A stretch of 64,000 bases of DNA from Hemiscyllium ocellatum. Taxonomy: Eukaryota. Below, piece by piece: positions 23,861 to 37,049 of the stretch. Each line of letters starts with the position of its first letter. The first letter of the stretch is position 1. The notes under the pieces are model-generated. The model searched no databases, was not told the DNA's origin, and saw nothing but the letters and a program-made list of their open reading frames with translations. The translations under genes and the position numbers were made by a program. The stretch is taken from NCBI RefSeq assembly GCF_020745735.1, contig NC_083432.1, positions 16,640,533-16,704,532 of the forward strand. The letters are read 5' to 3'.

Positions 23861-25072
23861 CTGCCAATGAGGGTTTTCAAGATCATAAGCATGCTGAACA
23901 GAGTGGAGAAGCTGTTCCAGATCCTAAAAGGAAAATAGATCCAGAGGGCATAGATATAAAGTGTTATGCAAATGAAGCAAAAGTAAATGACAGAAAATGG
24001 AAATATACTGCCTTGAAATGTGATGCAGGTCAGTTCAATTGAGCACTGGATGATTATTTGGATAGGAGTAGTGTGCAGGGAGATGGGAAAGGCACTAGAT
24101 TGGGACAAGGTAATAGAAATGATACAGGGCTGACGGGCTGAATGGTTTCTTTCTGCATTGTAACAATTCTGGTGATTCTGGGGCAGAATGGTGCAAATAG
24201 GGCAACTGGATTAGCCTATTAAAGGCAATTTAAAATATACTGACAGTATTCTAAAATACTGGACAAGTCAAGCCCAAAGTGGAAAAATCATTTAGAGCAC
24301 ACAGATACAAAGTTGTGTCTTGGGCAAGGTTTACTAAATACCCACAACTTTCCATCAGTATATGCTATCTGTTCCAATGTAACTGAAGTAAGGCAGGTGC
24401 GTAAACATAAGAACATAAAAGTGCTTTCACACTGCAGAGGCTAGTTTATAGGAACATGCCCTAAATACATTCTAAATCCTTCTTATTTACTTTTAGATCA
24501 CAGCCTGTCTCTCGGTGGTTTCCTTTGTTTACTCTTTCACAGGAGGTCACTGACATTGGCGAAGTCTGCATTTGCTGCTCATCCCTAATTGCCTTTGAAC
24601 TGAGTGCCTTATCCAGCCATTGCAGAGGACAGTGATGAATCAGCCACCCATGTTGGTCTGGTGCCATATGTAGGCAGATTGCCCTCCCTTCAAGGGCATT
24701 ACTGAGCCAGATGGGTTTTTACAAACCATTATTAGCAATACTCCAGATTTATTCTTTGATTTGAGTTGAGGACCTTCTTTGTCACCTGAAAGGCTTGTGA
24801 AACTGTGGAATTCCCTGCCCATTGAAGCAGTTGAGGCTACCTTGTTGAATGTTTTTAAAGCAATGATAGACTTTTGAACAATAAGGGATCAAGGGTTATG
24901 TGAGCTGGCAGGTAAGAGGAGCCGAGTCCACAAAAAGATCAGCCATGATCTTGTTGAAAAGTACAGCAGGCTTAAGGGGCCACATGGCCTACTCCTACTC
25001 GTGTCTCTTCTGTTCTAATTATAAACTCCATTAGCACCTTAACAGGATTTAAACTTATGAATACAAAGCATT

Positions 25073-25699
25073 AGGAGAAAGCGAGGATGGCAAATGCTGG
25101 AGATCAAAGTCAAGAATGTGGTGCTGGGAAAGCACAGCAGGACAGGCAGCATCTGAGGAGCAGGAGAATCAACGTTTCAGGCAGAAGCCCTTCATCAGGA
25201 ATGAGGCTTGTGGGCCAGAGGGCTGAGAGATAAATGGGAGAAGGGTGGGGAAGTTATGAGAGATTGCGATTAGAAGATGAAGGTGGGGGAGAAGGTGATA
25301 GGTCGAAGAGAAGGGCGGAGCGAATAGATGGGAAAAGGTGATGAACAGTTCAAGAGGGGTTACCAATTTGGAGGCTTGGGACTGGGATAACATGGGGGCA
25401 GAGGAAGACTTGCCTTCAGGACTCACCATGACAATGAGAGAGACCAGCTCCCTCATTTCCCCTCCCCTCACATTATCCCAGTCCCAAGCCTCCAATTCAG
25501 CACCACCCTCCTGACCAGCCCATCACCTTTCCCATTTATCCCCCCTCTCCGAGCTATCTCCCCCCCATCAGCACCCCAACCCCAACCTCCCTCCCTTGGC
25601 CTACAAGCCTGATTCCTAACGAACGGCCTACACCCAAAATGTCGATTCTCCTGCTCCTCGGATGCTCCCTGACCTACTGTGCTTTTCCAGCACCATGCT
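25073..25699. mobile_element. Fold-back Penelope element (family A), diverged
   Basis: Inverted pLTR arms; approximate TSD tacaaagcatta/tacaaaagcataa; minus-strand HHR motif 25167-25203. Confidence 0.8.
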
Positions 25700-25925
25700 A
25701 GAGTACAAAAGCATAATCCTGGGTTACTAGCCCAGTGGCATTATTGCTACACTGCAATACTCCCACAGCACATTAAAAAAAACAAAGACTGACCTTGACA
25801 TTTGGCTTCTACAGATCACTGATTTGCTGCCGCAGTACGAGTCTATCATCTAAACAGAAGGCCATACAAGCCTAGTCTACACAAACAATCTGCGAAATTT
25901 ATCTTTCCAATCCCAGCTTCATTCA

Positions 25926-26120
25926 GAAGTCCACAAAACCAGGTTATTGTCCCAAGGGCTTATCTGAAATCACAAGCTTTCAGAGCACTGCTCCTTTGTC
26001 AGGTGAAGGAAGGAGCAGCACTCCAAAAGTTTGTGATTTCAAATAAACCTGTTGGATAGAACCTGGTGTCATGTGACTTCAGACTTTTTCCACCCCAGTC
26101 CAAGACTGGCACCTCCACAT
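25926..26120. mobile_element. Minimal fold-back element, family B-related, diverged
   Basis: Inverted arms meeting at decayed HHR cores near 26000; TSD CCCAGCTT(C/T)ATTCA at 25912-25925 and 26121-26134. Confidence 0.75.
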
Positions 26121-26261
26121 CCCAGCTTTATTCAAGTGAATCTGCACCACATGCATTTTACGGTCAATCTATCTTTTCAAGAAGAAGTTTTGCAAAGTCT
26201 GCAAGGAACATTGTTGCTGGACACTAAAGTAAGTGAAGACTAAGGAAGAAGTAGGTTCTTC

Positions 26262-26487
26262 GGGTAAAAAATGAGGTCTGCAGATGCTGGAGATCACAGC
26301 TGAAAATGTGTTGCTGGTTAAAACGCAGGTTAGGCAGCATCCAAAGAACAGGAAATTCGATGTTTCGGGCATAAGCCCTTCATCAGGAATCATTCCTGAT
26401 GAAGGGCTGATGCCTGAAATGTCGAATTTCCTGTTCCTTGGATGCTGCCTAACCCTGCTGTGCTTTAACCAGCAACGCATTTTCAGC
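26262..26487. mobile_element. Minimal fold-back element (family A) with back-to-back HHR motifs
   Basis: Palindrome centred on ggaat-c-attcc (26391); TSD AAG(A/T)AGTAGGTTCT at 26246-26259 and 26489-26502. Confidence 0.88.
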
Positions 26488-28298
26488 CAAGTAGTAGGTT
26501 CTCCCAACTGGTGTCTTTGAAAATTTGTAAACTCAGTTTGGATTGTGCTGCTCTCTCCGTTATGGGATACATATAAAAGCAGTTTTAAAAGAAACTGAAG
26601 ACTAAGTTTGCTCATCAAATCTCTCCTTCAGTAAGTTTCGCAGCCTGGTCTCTCATGAACGCTGTATAACACATTTCAAATTTTAACAGAGAGCTGAGTT
26701 GAAGACAATTCCAAGACAAACTGAAATTTGTGTTGCTGCATCAGCCTATACTGAGGCTAACACATCTTACAGATGGAAAATGAATCAATACTTGCTCATT
26801 TTGCCCATACTGAATAGATACTGCGTGCATGCCTCAGTCAGTTGGACAAATATTTCTGCCCATCTATTCCAGACAGATGGAAAGATCTTTGGGAATCTAG
26901 ACAGACAGAAATATGCATACATGCCTCAATCAAGATGACAAACGTGCTTGTATTCATTCTAAATAGGTAGGCAAGCGTATACACAGCAGTGAACTGCCCT
27001 AGATGTGTCCTGCACAAGTCCTAAATAGATCAGTCACCTTGAACTAGTTCCAAAATTATATGTGAAGTCAGAGATCAACCCACAAGGCCACAGCAAAAGT
27101 ATAACAAAAGGATGATTTTAGTGCAATTATTGCTTTGGAATTGAATTTTCTTTCACAAAATAATGAGACAGTTATAGATGAGAAAAACTATTTTTTCCAA
27201 TCTTAATTCATCAGTTTGGGAGACTTTGAATTATGGCAGCCAACTTGCTTTCTAAAATGATTCCAGAATTTTTGCCCCCATACTCCAAAAAGGGCAATCC
27301 ACATATTCAGCACTCTGAAGCAGAATTTCCCAATAATTTCTAAAGTCAACTTCTGAGAGTTTGAACCCAAGCACTCGAGCTTTATTTCCGCATCTTAATT
27401 TAAACTAAAATTCCAGGTTCATTTTGTTTATATTTTAACAATTTGACATGAAATCACTTCATGGCTTTATTTAAAGTCAACAATCAAAGGTCTGTTCTAA
27501 TATATACCCCTGACACAACAGTGTGCACCCTCATGGTCCTTTCTTGCACTACCTCCAGCACTTTGTTCCTTGGAACACCAGGACTACACAAAGTATTCAA
27601 GAAAAAGTCTGACCAGAAACTTTAAAGTTTGGTCACAACTCGTCCTGCTGTAGTTAGGGCAACATCCAGTTGCTCAGTCTTGATTCCTCACCCTAAAATT
27701 CCTCACTCTGTTTTAGTTTCAACCAGAGGCATTTCAGCATTAAGCATGCTTGCTATTTCACTTGTTTTTTTCATTCACTTATGAGATGCAGTGTCACTGG
27801 CTGGTCAGCATTTCTCGCCTGTCCCTAGTTACCCTCGAAGATGGTAGGCAGCTGCCTTCTTAAACCGATACAGTCCATGTGTTGTAGGTAGACTCAATTT
27901 GTCATTAGGGAGGGAATTTCGGCATATTGACCCAGTGACAATGAAGTAGCGGTGACATATTTCCAAGTTAGGCCTTCTGCACATAGCAACCTGAGACTAC
28001 TTTAAATACCTCCCCCAACTTACATATTTTGTTCAATGCATTCCAGTCTGTCTGTTCTGAATCCACCATTCCTCCTAGTTTGGTATCACCTGCAAACTTG
28101 ATAATTTTGTCCTGAACAAAGATGATTACATTTAGAAATCAATTGTCAGCTTGCAGCTGGTAGTACCTTCTTTAAACTGCCTGGCTTTAGTCAGATCATG
28201 GCAGGTTCAAAAGCTTTGCACACGTGTGCACCTGTGTCCATAGGCAAAGATTAAATATCTTGAGAACATAAATATGTATGTCCACACTCAAAACATTT

Positions 28299-28590
28299 GG
28301 GCGGTATGGTGGCACAGTGGTTAGCACTGCTGCCTCACAGCGCCAGAGACCGGGGTTCAATTCCCATCTCAGGCAACTGTGCAGAGTTTGCACATTCTCC
28401 CAGTGTCTGCGTGGGTTCCCTCTGGGTGCTCCGATTTCCTCCCACAGTCCAAAAATGTGCAGGTTAGATGAATTGGCCATGCTAAATTGCCTGTAGTGTT
28501 GGGTGAAGGAGTAAGTGTAGGGGTCTGGGTGGGTTCGTGTGGACTTGTTGGGCTGAAGGGCCTGTTTCCTCACTATAAGTAATCTAATCT
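28299..28590 (+). mobile_element. HE1/V-SINE, full length
   Basis: tRNA head with A/B boxes, V-domain-like core, taatctaatct tail. Confidence 0.9.
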
Positions 28591-30651
28591 ATTTCATAAA
28601 GCTTACGAAGTTTAAGAATGACTATTACACAGAAAGGTTGTGCTTTAAATGTTGTTTTACAATAGGAGTCCCTGTGTGAGCAAATAATTTGAGTTACCAT
28701 GTTCAGAATTCCCAGAACAATGCTTTTAGTCACTGGTTTCCCAATGAACTCGAAACAGTGAGAAAATCTCATGGTTGCTGCATGGATTCCAGTCTCATTC
28801 ACTACTTCTGCTCAAAAAAAAAGAGATGGTACCACTCCCTGCTGGTGACTAAATGCCATGTCAAGGTGGATTGCTCCATTGCACAGTTCAGAGAATTGAA
28901 GTACTAAAAACAAAACTACAGTATATTGTTGCAATTTGGAACTATTTTTAGATCATTGTTAAGAACCCCTTCAGAAAAAAAGTAATCACAGATTAGGATG
29001 AGCAAAAATGCACAGCTTAGAAACTGGAGTGAGGAACTGTGCGTGCAATAGTATCATAGAACGGTTGCAACACAAAGTGACCATTCAGGCAGCCAACACT
29101 GAGCTAGTTCTTTTCAAGAGCCAATCAACAAGTTCCACTCCAGCGCTTTACCTATAGGCTTGCATTTATTTTTTCTTTTTAGGCACCTACGCAACTGCCT
29201 TTCAAAAACTACAATTAAATCCATCTCACCACATACTCTCAAGCAGTGCATTCCAGGTGAAAACAAAAACAAACCGCTTGTGTCGCAATGATTTTCTTTT
29301 GCAAATAAACTGACATTTATCTTCTAGCACTCAAACTGCCATCACTGGTAACATTGCTGTCTATCCTGCCTACACCAAACATGACTTTGAGAACCTTCAT
29401 CAAATCTCATCTCAATCTTTTCCCACTGTAAGTAAACATTTCCAACTTTCTAAACATATTCACATAAATAAAGTCTTGTCATAAAAACACGGAATCTTGT
29501 CATAAATCTTTTCTGCACCTTCTCTAATTCTTTCACCTTCCAATGGACACTTCAGTCCAGGTGTCTAAATAGAAAGACCTAAAGAGGTGAGCTTAAAGAA
29601 TTCTGAGGTAGTAATGGGAATAGAAATCCAAAAACTAATCCACTTGCCTATTCTAATCTGAAAGTGGGTGGTATTTAAAGTTTCCATTGAGGTTTCACAG
29701 TTGATGATAGCCCCAAGTTGCCTCTCACTGGGAAGCCCATCACATGCAATAATATTATATAGAGAGAACAAAGAACTGTTGGCCAGAGACTAGCAATTCT
29801 ACTGAGTGGCAGCACCAGCAGGAGTCAGTGGCTGCTGTCGGTACTATACCCATCCAGGACACAGGCAAATCACAATGGGAGGATGGAGCAGGTGAGTGTC
29901 TGAGGCTTAGTAGGGAAAGAGCAGGGAAGTGTCTCTCAATGCACTACACACCCCCAAACACCACATCCTGATGTCAAGTCCCTTAATCAGGTATTGAATG
30001 CATTTGCACTTTGCAGTCGGTCCATAAGACACTGTTGCTTGCATTAAATATTGCCCTTTGTCTGCTATCCCAATTCAATCCTTCTCTAGATTTCCTTAAA
30101 ATGCTAGGTCATTGCAATTTGGGCACTTTCTATTTGTTCTGACTGACATTTGAACAAGAGATCAAATTGTGAACATAACCTTAAGTTTCTCTTAATAAAG
30201 CTTACCCCTACTTGGGTATTAAGATCCTAAACAAAATATTTATTCATTCCTGTTGCATGTGTCCATTCCAACCTCTCTCAGCAGCTATACTAAGGTCTGT
30301 AAAGGTGACGATGTACTCAAGTAGGACTGTTAAATTGTCTTTATGACTGGGACATCCAAGCAAATAGAAATTCACTATCTAGTACTAGCATTAAGATTAA
30401 AACCCGAATCAAATCTCCGTGGTCCTACTACTAGGAGAGATTAGAGCAGTGATCAGAGCACAGAAACAAGGCAACAACTAAAACTGATGGAAACAAAAGC
30501 TGGACAAAGGAAAAAGGCTACGAGTGATTGAATAACACTTCCTCAGACAGACAAAAATCAAACAAACAAATCTTTTCTCTCTCTGAGACAGAGACACACA
30601 CACGTTCACCTTGTTCCCAAAATTCTTAATGCCTCTCTTTTGTCAACATAC

Positions 30652-31650
30652 CTTTGGTGAACCACGAGCTTTTTCTTTTCGTGTTTTAGTCTTTGGCTTT
30701 GGTAAGTCTGGAATTGATTCATAAACATTTTCAGAACCATAATCTGGTGTCTGTGGTAAGGACTTGGAGTTCATTACATCCTTTCTCTCTGCAGTTCCCG
30801 AGTGTTCCAATGTCATGGCAATGGTCTCTGTTGAAGAGCATTTTTTGGAACTGATCTCATGGCTAAAGCTGAAACTTTGGCATGGGTTGAGCTGTTCTGA
30901 TTGATCAATGTCTTTTCCCACACTGCGTCTGAGCTTGGGGTCTAGGGTCTGGAGATTAAAAGCCAGCTGTGCTGGACTGAAGGTTCCTACCAGGCTAAGT
31001 CTTTGGGTATGGTTACCTTGTTGTTTGGGACGTACCCTGACTGTGGAGCTTTGCCATTTTGGTGCGTTTGCAGGAGCTAACTTGGGATTCTTGGATTCTT
31101 CATTATTCACTGCAGGTCTGTGTACTTCACTGTAACATGGGAGCAAATGAGGTGTCACGGTCAAACTTGGTGGAGAGTTTGGTGAGCCATGCATTGTTGG
31201 AGGGCTATTATTGCTCACCAGATTGAGTGAAAGATTCTTGTCTTGAGCAGGACTTGAGTTCTTTTTCTCCTGGATTGGATCAGAACTGCAGTCATCCTGG
31301 CCTGGTTGGTCTTGGTACGGGAGCTGATTTTCCCCAATGTCACAATCATTTTGAGTCACACCTACTTTATCTGTTGCCTCGCCTCCATTTTGGCGATCAG
31401 GACAGTCAGATCCATTCAGGGACTGCACCCCAGGAGAGGCCGGAGCTTCTGAAGGCAATTCCCTCACATATTGTGCTGGCAGATAGAAGGCTTTAGAGTG
31501 GGAATCCTTTTTAACATACCACCAGTTGGCATTGGTTCTTGAGACAAGAATGTATCGCTCATTTTGCTTAATAGAGATGAGTCTCCCATCCCTTGTGTAC
31601 TCATAGTCAAATTCAACTTGAACAAACACTTTCCGTGGGACAGTAGACAT
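30652..31650 (-). CDS. ARHGAP27: First coding exon (333 codons) of a Rho GTPase-activating protein of the ARHGAP9/12/27 family: N-terminal SH3 domain plus low-complexity linker; best match ARHGAP27
   Basis: MSTVPRKVFVQVEFDYEYTRDGRLISIKQNERYILVSRTNANWWYVKKDSHSKAFYLPAQYVRELP is an SH3 domain. FYLPAQYVRELP, DGR..I..NERY and SENVYE.I.DL match my recollection of ARHGAP27 better than ARHGAP12. Acceptor tttctttctcttacag| puts the exon start at 31707; an in-frame TGA lies upstream of ATG 31650; phase-0 donor AAG|GTATGT at 30652/30651. No downstream WW/PH/GAP exons were recognised in the window. Confidence 0.85.
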
Positions 31651-31707
31651 CTCCAAACCTGAATAGATGCTTTCAGTGAGATTCCTTTTAGCAATGTAAC
31701 CTCATCG
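31651..31707 (-). other. 5'UTR part of the ARHGAP27-like exon (57 nt) with a 5-codon uORF
   Basis: Splice acceptor CAG at 31710-31708; uORF ATG AGG TTA CAT TGC TAA at 31705-31688. Confidence 0.7.
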
Positions 31708-32439
31708 CTGTAAGAGAAAGAAACATCAGTCAGTACCTCACGTTGTAAATCGTTTGCAACAAAGTTTGATGCTAGTTATTTTTCATGAGCGTTGTTTGTC
31801 TCGAGTAACATACCCATGCAAATAGCTATGTAGATATACAGATCTTAAACAAAAAGCACTGAAGTCAAAAAACCTTTCATCTTGAACTCATTAGAACTGA
31901 AACAACAAAAAACCAAGTTTGAAAAGGTACCAGCTACTTCCACGCATGCAGGGTGCTCAATGAATTTCCATACCAGTCATAATCCAACATTTCACAGTCA
32001 ACCTGCAGGATTTAAATTGATGAAATTATCCATAAGTAGCTAATCATTCCTTTTGTATCTCCATGCCAAGCAATCAGCACCATCATCTCCCCAAGTCTGA
32101 AATGTTTCTTTTTCTGAAGTTATTTCATTCCTGCATTTCAGTCTTGGAGAGTGCAAGACAAAAAGCTTCAATTTAATGTTTCCTTTCAGCAATACCTATG
32201 TAACCATTTCCTGTTTTTGCATCAAAAGGGTGAATGGAGGTCAGCAAACTATTTGGCCACATATTAGCTAAGCCCAGACCTATCAACTGGCATCGACACA
32301 ATATACACACCACACACAGTCACCTTTGCAATACATAAGGCCATTGTGTAACATTCAGCATAAAAAAAATTGGCTGATTCTTTATCTAACTTTTGCATTG
32401 TACTTTCTCTATGGTAGCTAGTCCCATTGGGACCAGACA

Positions 32440-32662
32440 ATTCAGCATAACGGGCAACGTTTTCCCACATAGAGGGTGGTACGTGTACGGAATGAGCTGC
32501 CACAGGAAGTAGGAGGCTGGGACAATTGCAACATTTACGAGGCATCTGGATGGGTATGTGAATAGGAAGGGTTTGGAGGGATATGGGCCGGTGCTGGCAG
32601 GTGGGACTAGATTGGGTTGGACCGAAGAATCTGTTTCCATGCTGTACATCTCTATGACTCTA
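32440..32662 (+). mobile_element. CR1 3' end
   Basis: gggcaacgttttccca..agagggtggtacgt..ggaatgagctgcc; tail tctatgactctat. Confidence 0.75.
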
Positions 32663-35600
32663 TTACTGGTAGACAGATCCAAGAAGCCACATGACTCTCA
32701 TCCAGACAGTGTGAAGCATTTACAGCGGAACTTAGGAAAGAGTTCTGAAAATGTGCTCTTAATCAAGTATCCAGCATCAAACTGCAGCCATTTATTAGTC
32801 ACACTTCTGTTTAAATCACGTGCTTAAGATCAACTCTTTGACCGACAAGGGAATGAAATATCTTACTGTCTAAAACAGACATAATCGCAACTTCAACGAA
32901 TACTAACCACTGAGCAGCTTGTAATATTGTCAGGAGTTCAGACCTCCAACAGAAGCGCAAGACTTTTATGAGAAAGGTCTAAAAGGTTTCCAGATCTAGC
33001 TTTGTTAGCATCCATTTTAGCAAAGCAAGAAAAAACAGAACAAGTATTTCTCACATTCCACTAGGTTCTCGTTTTTAAAACAAATTATTAGGGCAAAACG
33101 TATTTTGAAAGGTTGTCCAGAGACATCTGCTGCTGGATTTGGTCTTGCATGTTTGAGATTTTGGAGAACTTCTGAATGGCAAATTGCTATAAAACTAAGT
33201 GATTAAAAGCATGCAGAAAGAAAAGAAATGTGGGAACTGAAGGAACAAATTAGCTGTGCATTCTGAAGCAGTTGAGCGCAATTCAGAGTCAACCACTTCA
33301 GGAGAGGTTTTACTGAATTCAAACTCCACCACAGTAGGATTTGAACCCAAGTCCCCAGAAATTAACTGGGTCTCTGGATTAACAGTCAGATGATAATACT
33401 AGGCCATCACCTCTCCCCACAGATGCCACCAGATCTGCAGAGATTTTCCTCGCACTTCCCATCTTTTATTTCGGATGTCCAGCATCTGCAATTTTTTTAA
33501 ACAAATTCGAGGAAACTACCTTTTCTGTTTTCTGATGCCAAATTTCAGGAATCATGAAAACTTGTCTGGAGACCAAATGGGTGAAAAAAGGAAATTACTT
33601 GCCAGATAACGTCACCAATTGCCTGTCCAAACATGGAAAACAAGATACTATCGTTTTCCGAGAATAACCTCCTCATGTTTGCTTTCAAAATCCACTTCCA
33701 CAAAATATTAAATACTCTACCCACTTAAAAAAAAACTGTCTTAGTCTGTTTTGGCTTTGTAATATATTTTGGCAGATACATGCTTTTGCTCTGAAATCAT
33801 GTAATATTGATTGTCCTAAGCTAGATGAATCAGCAATTTTCAGTGAAGCGGAGGAGATTGAATTAACCAATTTGAGGGACAATTTAAATGAACCCACCTA
33901 TTCCCAAGATACTATTTGCTAAATCGGTGATACCTCATGTTATTATCGCACAAATAGAACCATAATGGTCTTTCAATGAACAAACTGTACACTTCCTTTC
34001 AATCAATACTTTCAGTAACAAGGTTAACATGAGTAGGAAACCAGGCAGCTGCTGTCCTCACTTTAATCAAGGGTAATGTCTCTTAAAAATTAAAAGCATA
34101 CTGAATTATGTCTTAGTATTGTTGCTATTGTTAACCACTCCTAAATTTACCTAATTATTGCAGAAGATGCGATTTTGATTCGGGGGGACAGGTATCATCA
34201 CTCAGGAAAGAGAGCTGTTTCACAATTGGCACAGAGAATATTACCTTTGACGTTCTGCATTTTAAATTGGACCCTAATCATTCATGGGAACTTTTGTTAA
34301 TTACATTATTTGTTCCTACAGGGGCATTTTCCCCTTCCACTCCAAGTTCATCACAAGCGTGAGGAGATGGCCTTAACTGTAGTGCCAGGCTATGTGACGG
34401 TTTGAGTTCCTAGCAGTGGCTAGGAAGTTTCTATCCCCTGATTATAGTGTTTCCTATTACTACCACAACTCTCAACAGTGCAGCCAGAAATGCAACTATG
34501 CAGCCTGTGCAGAAAACCCATCTTTCACACTTATTGTCATTCCTCCTTCAAGTCTATGGTCTTAAAAAATAGTTCAGATTCACTTTGACGCTTTAAAGCG
34601 GGCTTTACAAGCAACCACTGGAGACAGATTCAATCAGCTCACTATCCTTTATAAAGAAATAGCTTCCAGCAGTTCCCACCTTCAATCCAAGAGAAAAACA
34701 CATCAGAGAATTGAGATTGATTTAATTGTTTTCTATTTTAGACTTTTTAAATTCAAATTAATTTAATTGATATTTGCAGCTAATTCTATTAGCTTAGTAC
34801 AAGATACTTTGAATAATCAGAAGGATATATAAAAATGTAAAGATGATCACTGTAGTAGCTAACTAGTCTGTATTTCTTCAAATGTTTTATTCCCCAGTTC
34901 CTACCTGTGCATTTTGTATGATCCCCAAGAACCAACAACTTGAAATCAAAAGATAGCAGAGGAAGATTTAATTTTTTTAAGGCATTTACCATAAAGACAG
35001 ACAAGAACTATTGACAAACAATATTTTTGTGGACAACATAAGGAAGTAATGCTAGCCAGTTATTTGCAGAACTGTTACAAATGTATCCTAGTTGGGTGGC
35101 TGCTAATGACTAGATTAGGTTTACAGCATGATTAATAGCATGTTAATTTCTACTTCATAATTAATGAAGAAAAGTACACCCATAGTGTCACTCCCATTTA
35201 GAGCAAACATTGGGAAATTACAGCTGTTCCCTTAGAATGGCGAAAAATTGGAATGGAATGGACAGGATTTTGGTGATGCATTATCCCAGCTGGTTCGGTC
35301 ATGGGTCACGATTGTAATTTCCTGAATTTTATGTTTCAGTCCATTACTGGATTCATTGAGAACTAAGGAAACAGTGAGAAACACATTCAGATAGTGAAAA
35401 CAAAATTGTGGAGCACTGAAAGTTTGGACAACTAAACTGTCACTGGCTCAGAATTCTGAAACGCAAATGTGATGAACAAAGTTTTTAAAAATTAAATATT
35501 CAAAATGCAAAACATACTTGCTCTTTAGTTAACATTAGCAATTCTATCATATTCTTCGTAGTGACAACACATGACAAAAGTAGATTTGGGAAGTTATATA

Positions 35601-36737
35601 AACTGAAACAAACAATATCCTTGTCTCAGATTCTGATACGCACTTAATCACCGTCATCTGTTTGGTTGCAGCAGACGGACAACTTAGTGCACACTGGTAG
35701 GTAGGTCGACTTGCAAAGAAACATAACAGGAAATATCACCAGCACAATGAGCAGTATCAACACCATGTATTACTGTCATTGCACAGAAATCCTATATTAT
35801 ACCAGCAGTGCATCTTCAATGTAAGAAAATGTCACTTGATTTTTCCGCACATTAAATCACCCAATAAATGTCATTCCTCAAAAGATAAGAATTCCCATCA
35901 ACACGTATCCCGCAAGATATCGGACTTGCCCAATGAAACTCATTGCATATAAGGATCTTGGTTCTCCTATTGAACCACACTTTTAGTATTTTCTCTGCCA
36001 TAACTAAGTCCGCTGCTTCGGCACACAGGGTGTCCTACTGAACCTCGGTCCTTTACTCTTTTATATCTTTTTCATTAGTGTTATAACACAACCAAAAGGA
36101 ATTCTTTTCCCCACCACAAATCACTCATGGTACTTTTTAAATCTATCATACACCACCACTTAAATCACCCGTGTTCCCAATTAATCAAATTACATGCAAT
36201 GTCCAACAAGGGCAATGCTTTGTTACTACAATCATTGCAGCCCCATTCTATTAGCATTCTGTACTCGTCCAAACAATTGTCATTCTTTTAGCTTTTCTAA
36301 CATTTGATTTAAATTTTCGAATTTAAGTTTGTGTCCTCAAATACTGTCTAATTGATTTGAATTATTAATTACACTTTGCTTATACATTCAACGTGCAAAC
36401 TTATAGAATAAATTGATTAAATACATAATCCAGATCTAAATATAACATTTCATTGTAAATATGTTTGTGCACTTGTGATCTATAAACTTTTTAAAATGAG
36501 GCATAAGTAAATTTTCATTTAAGTTTCATTGTGTAGTCCATGCACCAAGTAGCAGGCGAAAATTAGTCATTTAGGTAAATTAGGTAAAAAGGCCCTTGTT
36601 CAATCTCAGTATTTAACAGCTTAAGGATGTTTACGCATTCAGCCTGGTCAGTACAATTTTATGTAGCTGGAGAAGGACAAAGAAAAAAATCTATTGCTGT
36701 CCTTGATCTTGATCAAAACCAATAAAAACTGAGTGTA

Positions 36738-36975
36738 GGGCAGCATAACGGTTCAGTGGTTAGCACCACTGCCTCAGAGCATCAGGGATGTAGGTTCAAT
36801 TCCTCCCTGGAATGACTCTCTTTGTAGAGTTTGCACGTTCTCCCGTGTCTAGGTGGATTAGTCACAGGATATGCAGGGTTACAGGGTAGGGGGTTGGGTT
36901 TGGGCGGGATGCACTTGAAGGTCAGTGTGTCTCAATGGGCCAAATGAGCTGCTTCCACATTATAGAATCATTAGG
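36738..36975 (+). mobile_element. HE1-like SINE, diverged with an internal deletion
   Basis: ggttcagtggttagcaccactgcctca...ggttcaattcc...gagtttgcacgttctcccg. Confidence 0.7.
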
Positions 36976-37049
36976 GTCCCTGCAATGTGGACATCAGGTA
37001 AGGGCAGGCCAAACTCAGCTAGCATGTGTTCTAAAGTTTAAGTCATATC

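Noticed and set aside
26169-26618. Mirror-image ORFs on both strands
   Set aside because: A consequence of the palindromic pLTR element, not bidirectional coding.
30643-31656. ORF-track boundaries (337 aa) as a complete single-exon gene
   Set aside because: The track starts at TTG and runs through the GTATGT donor; the supported CDS is 31650-30652 and continues in exons outside the window.
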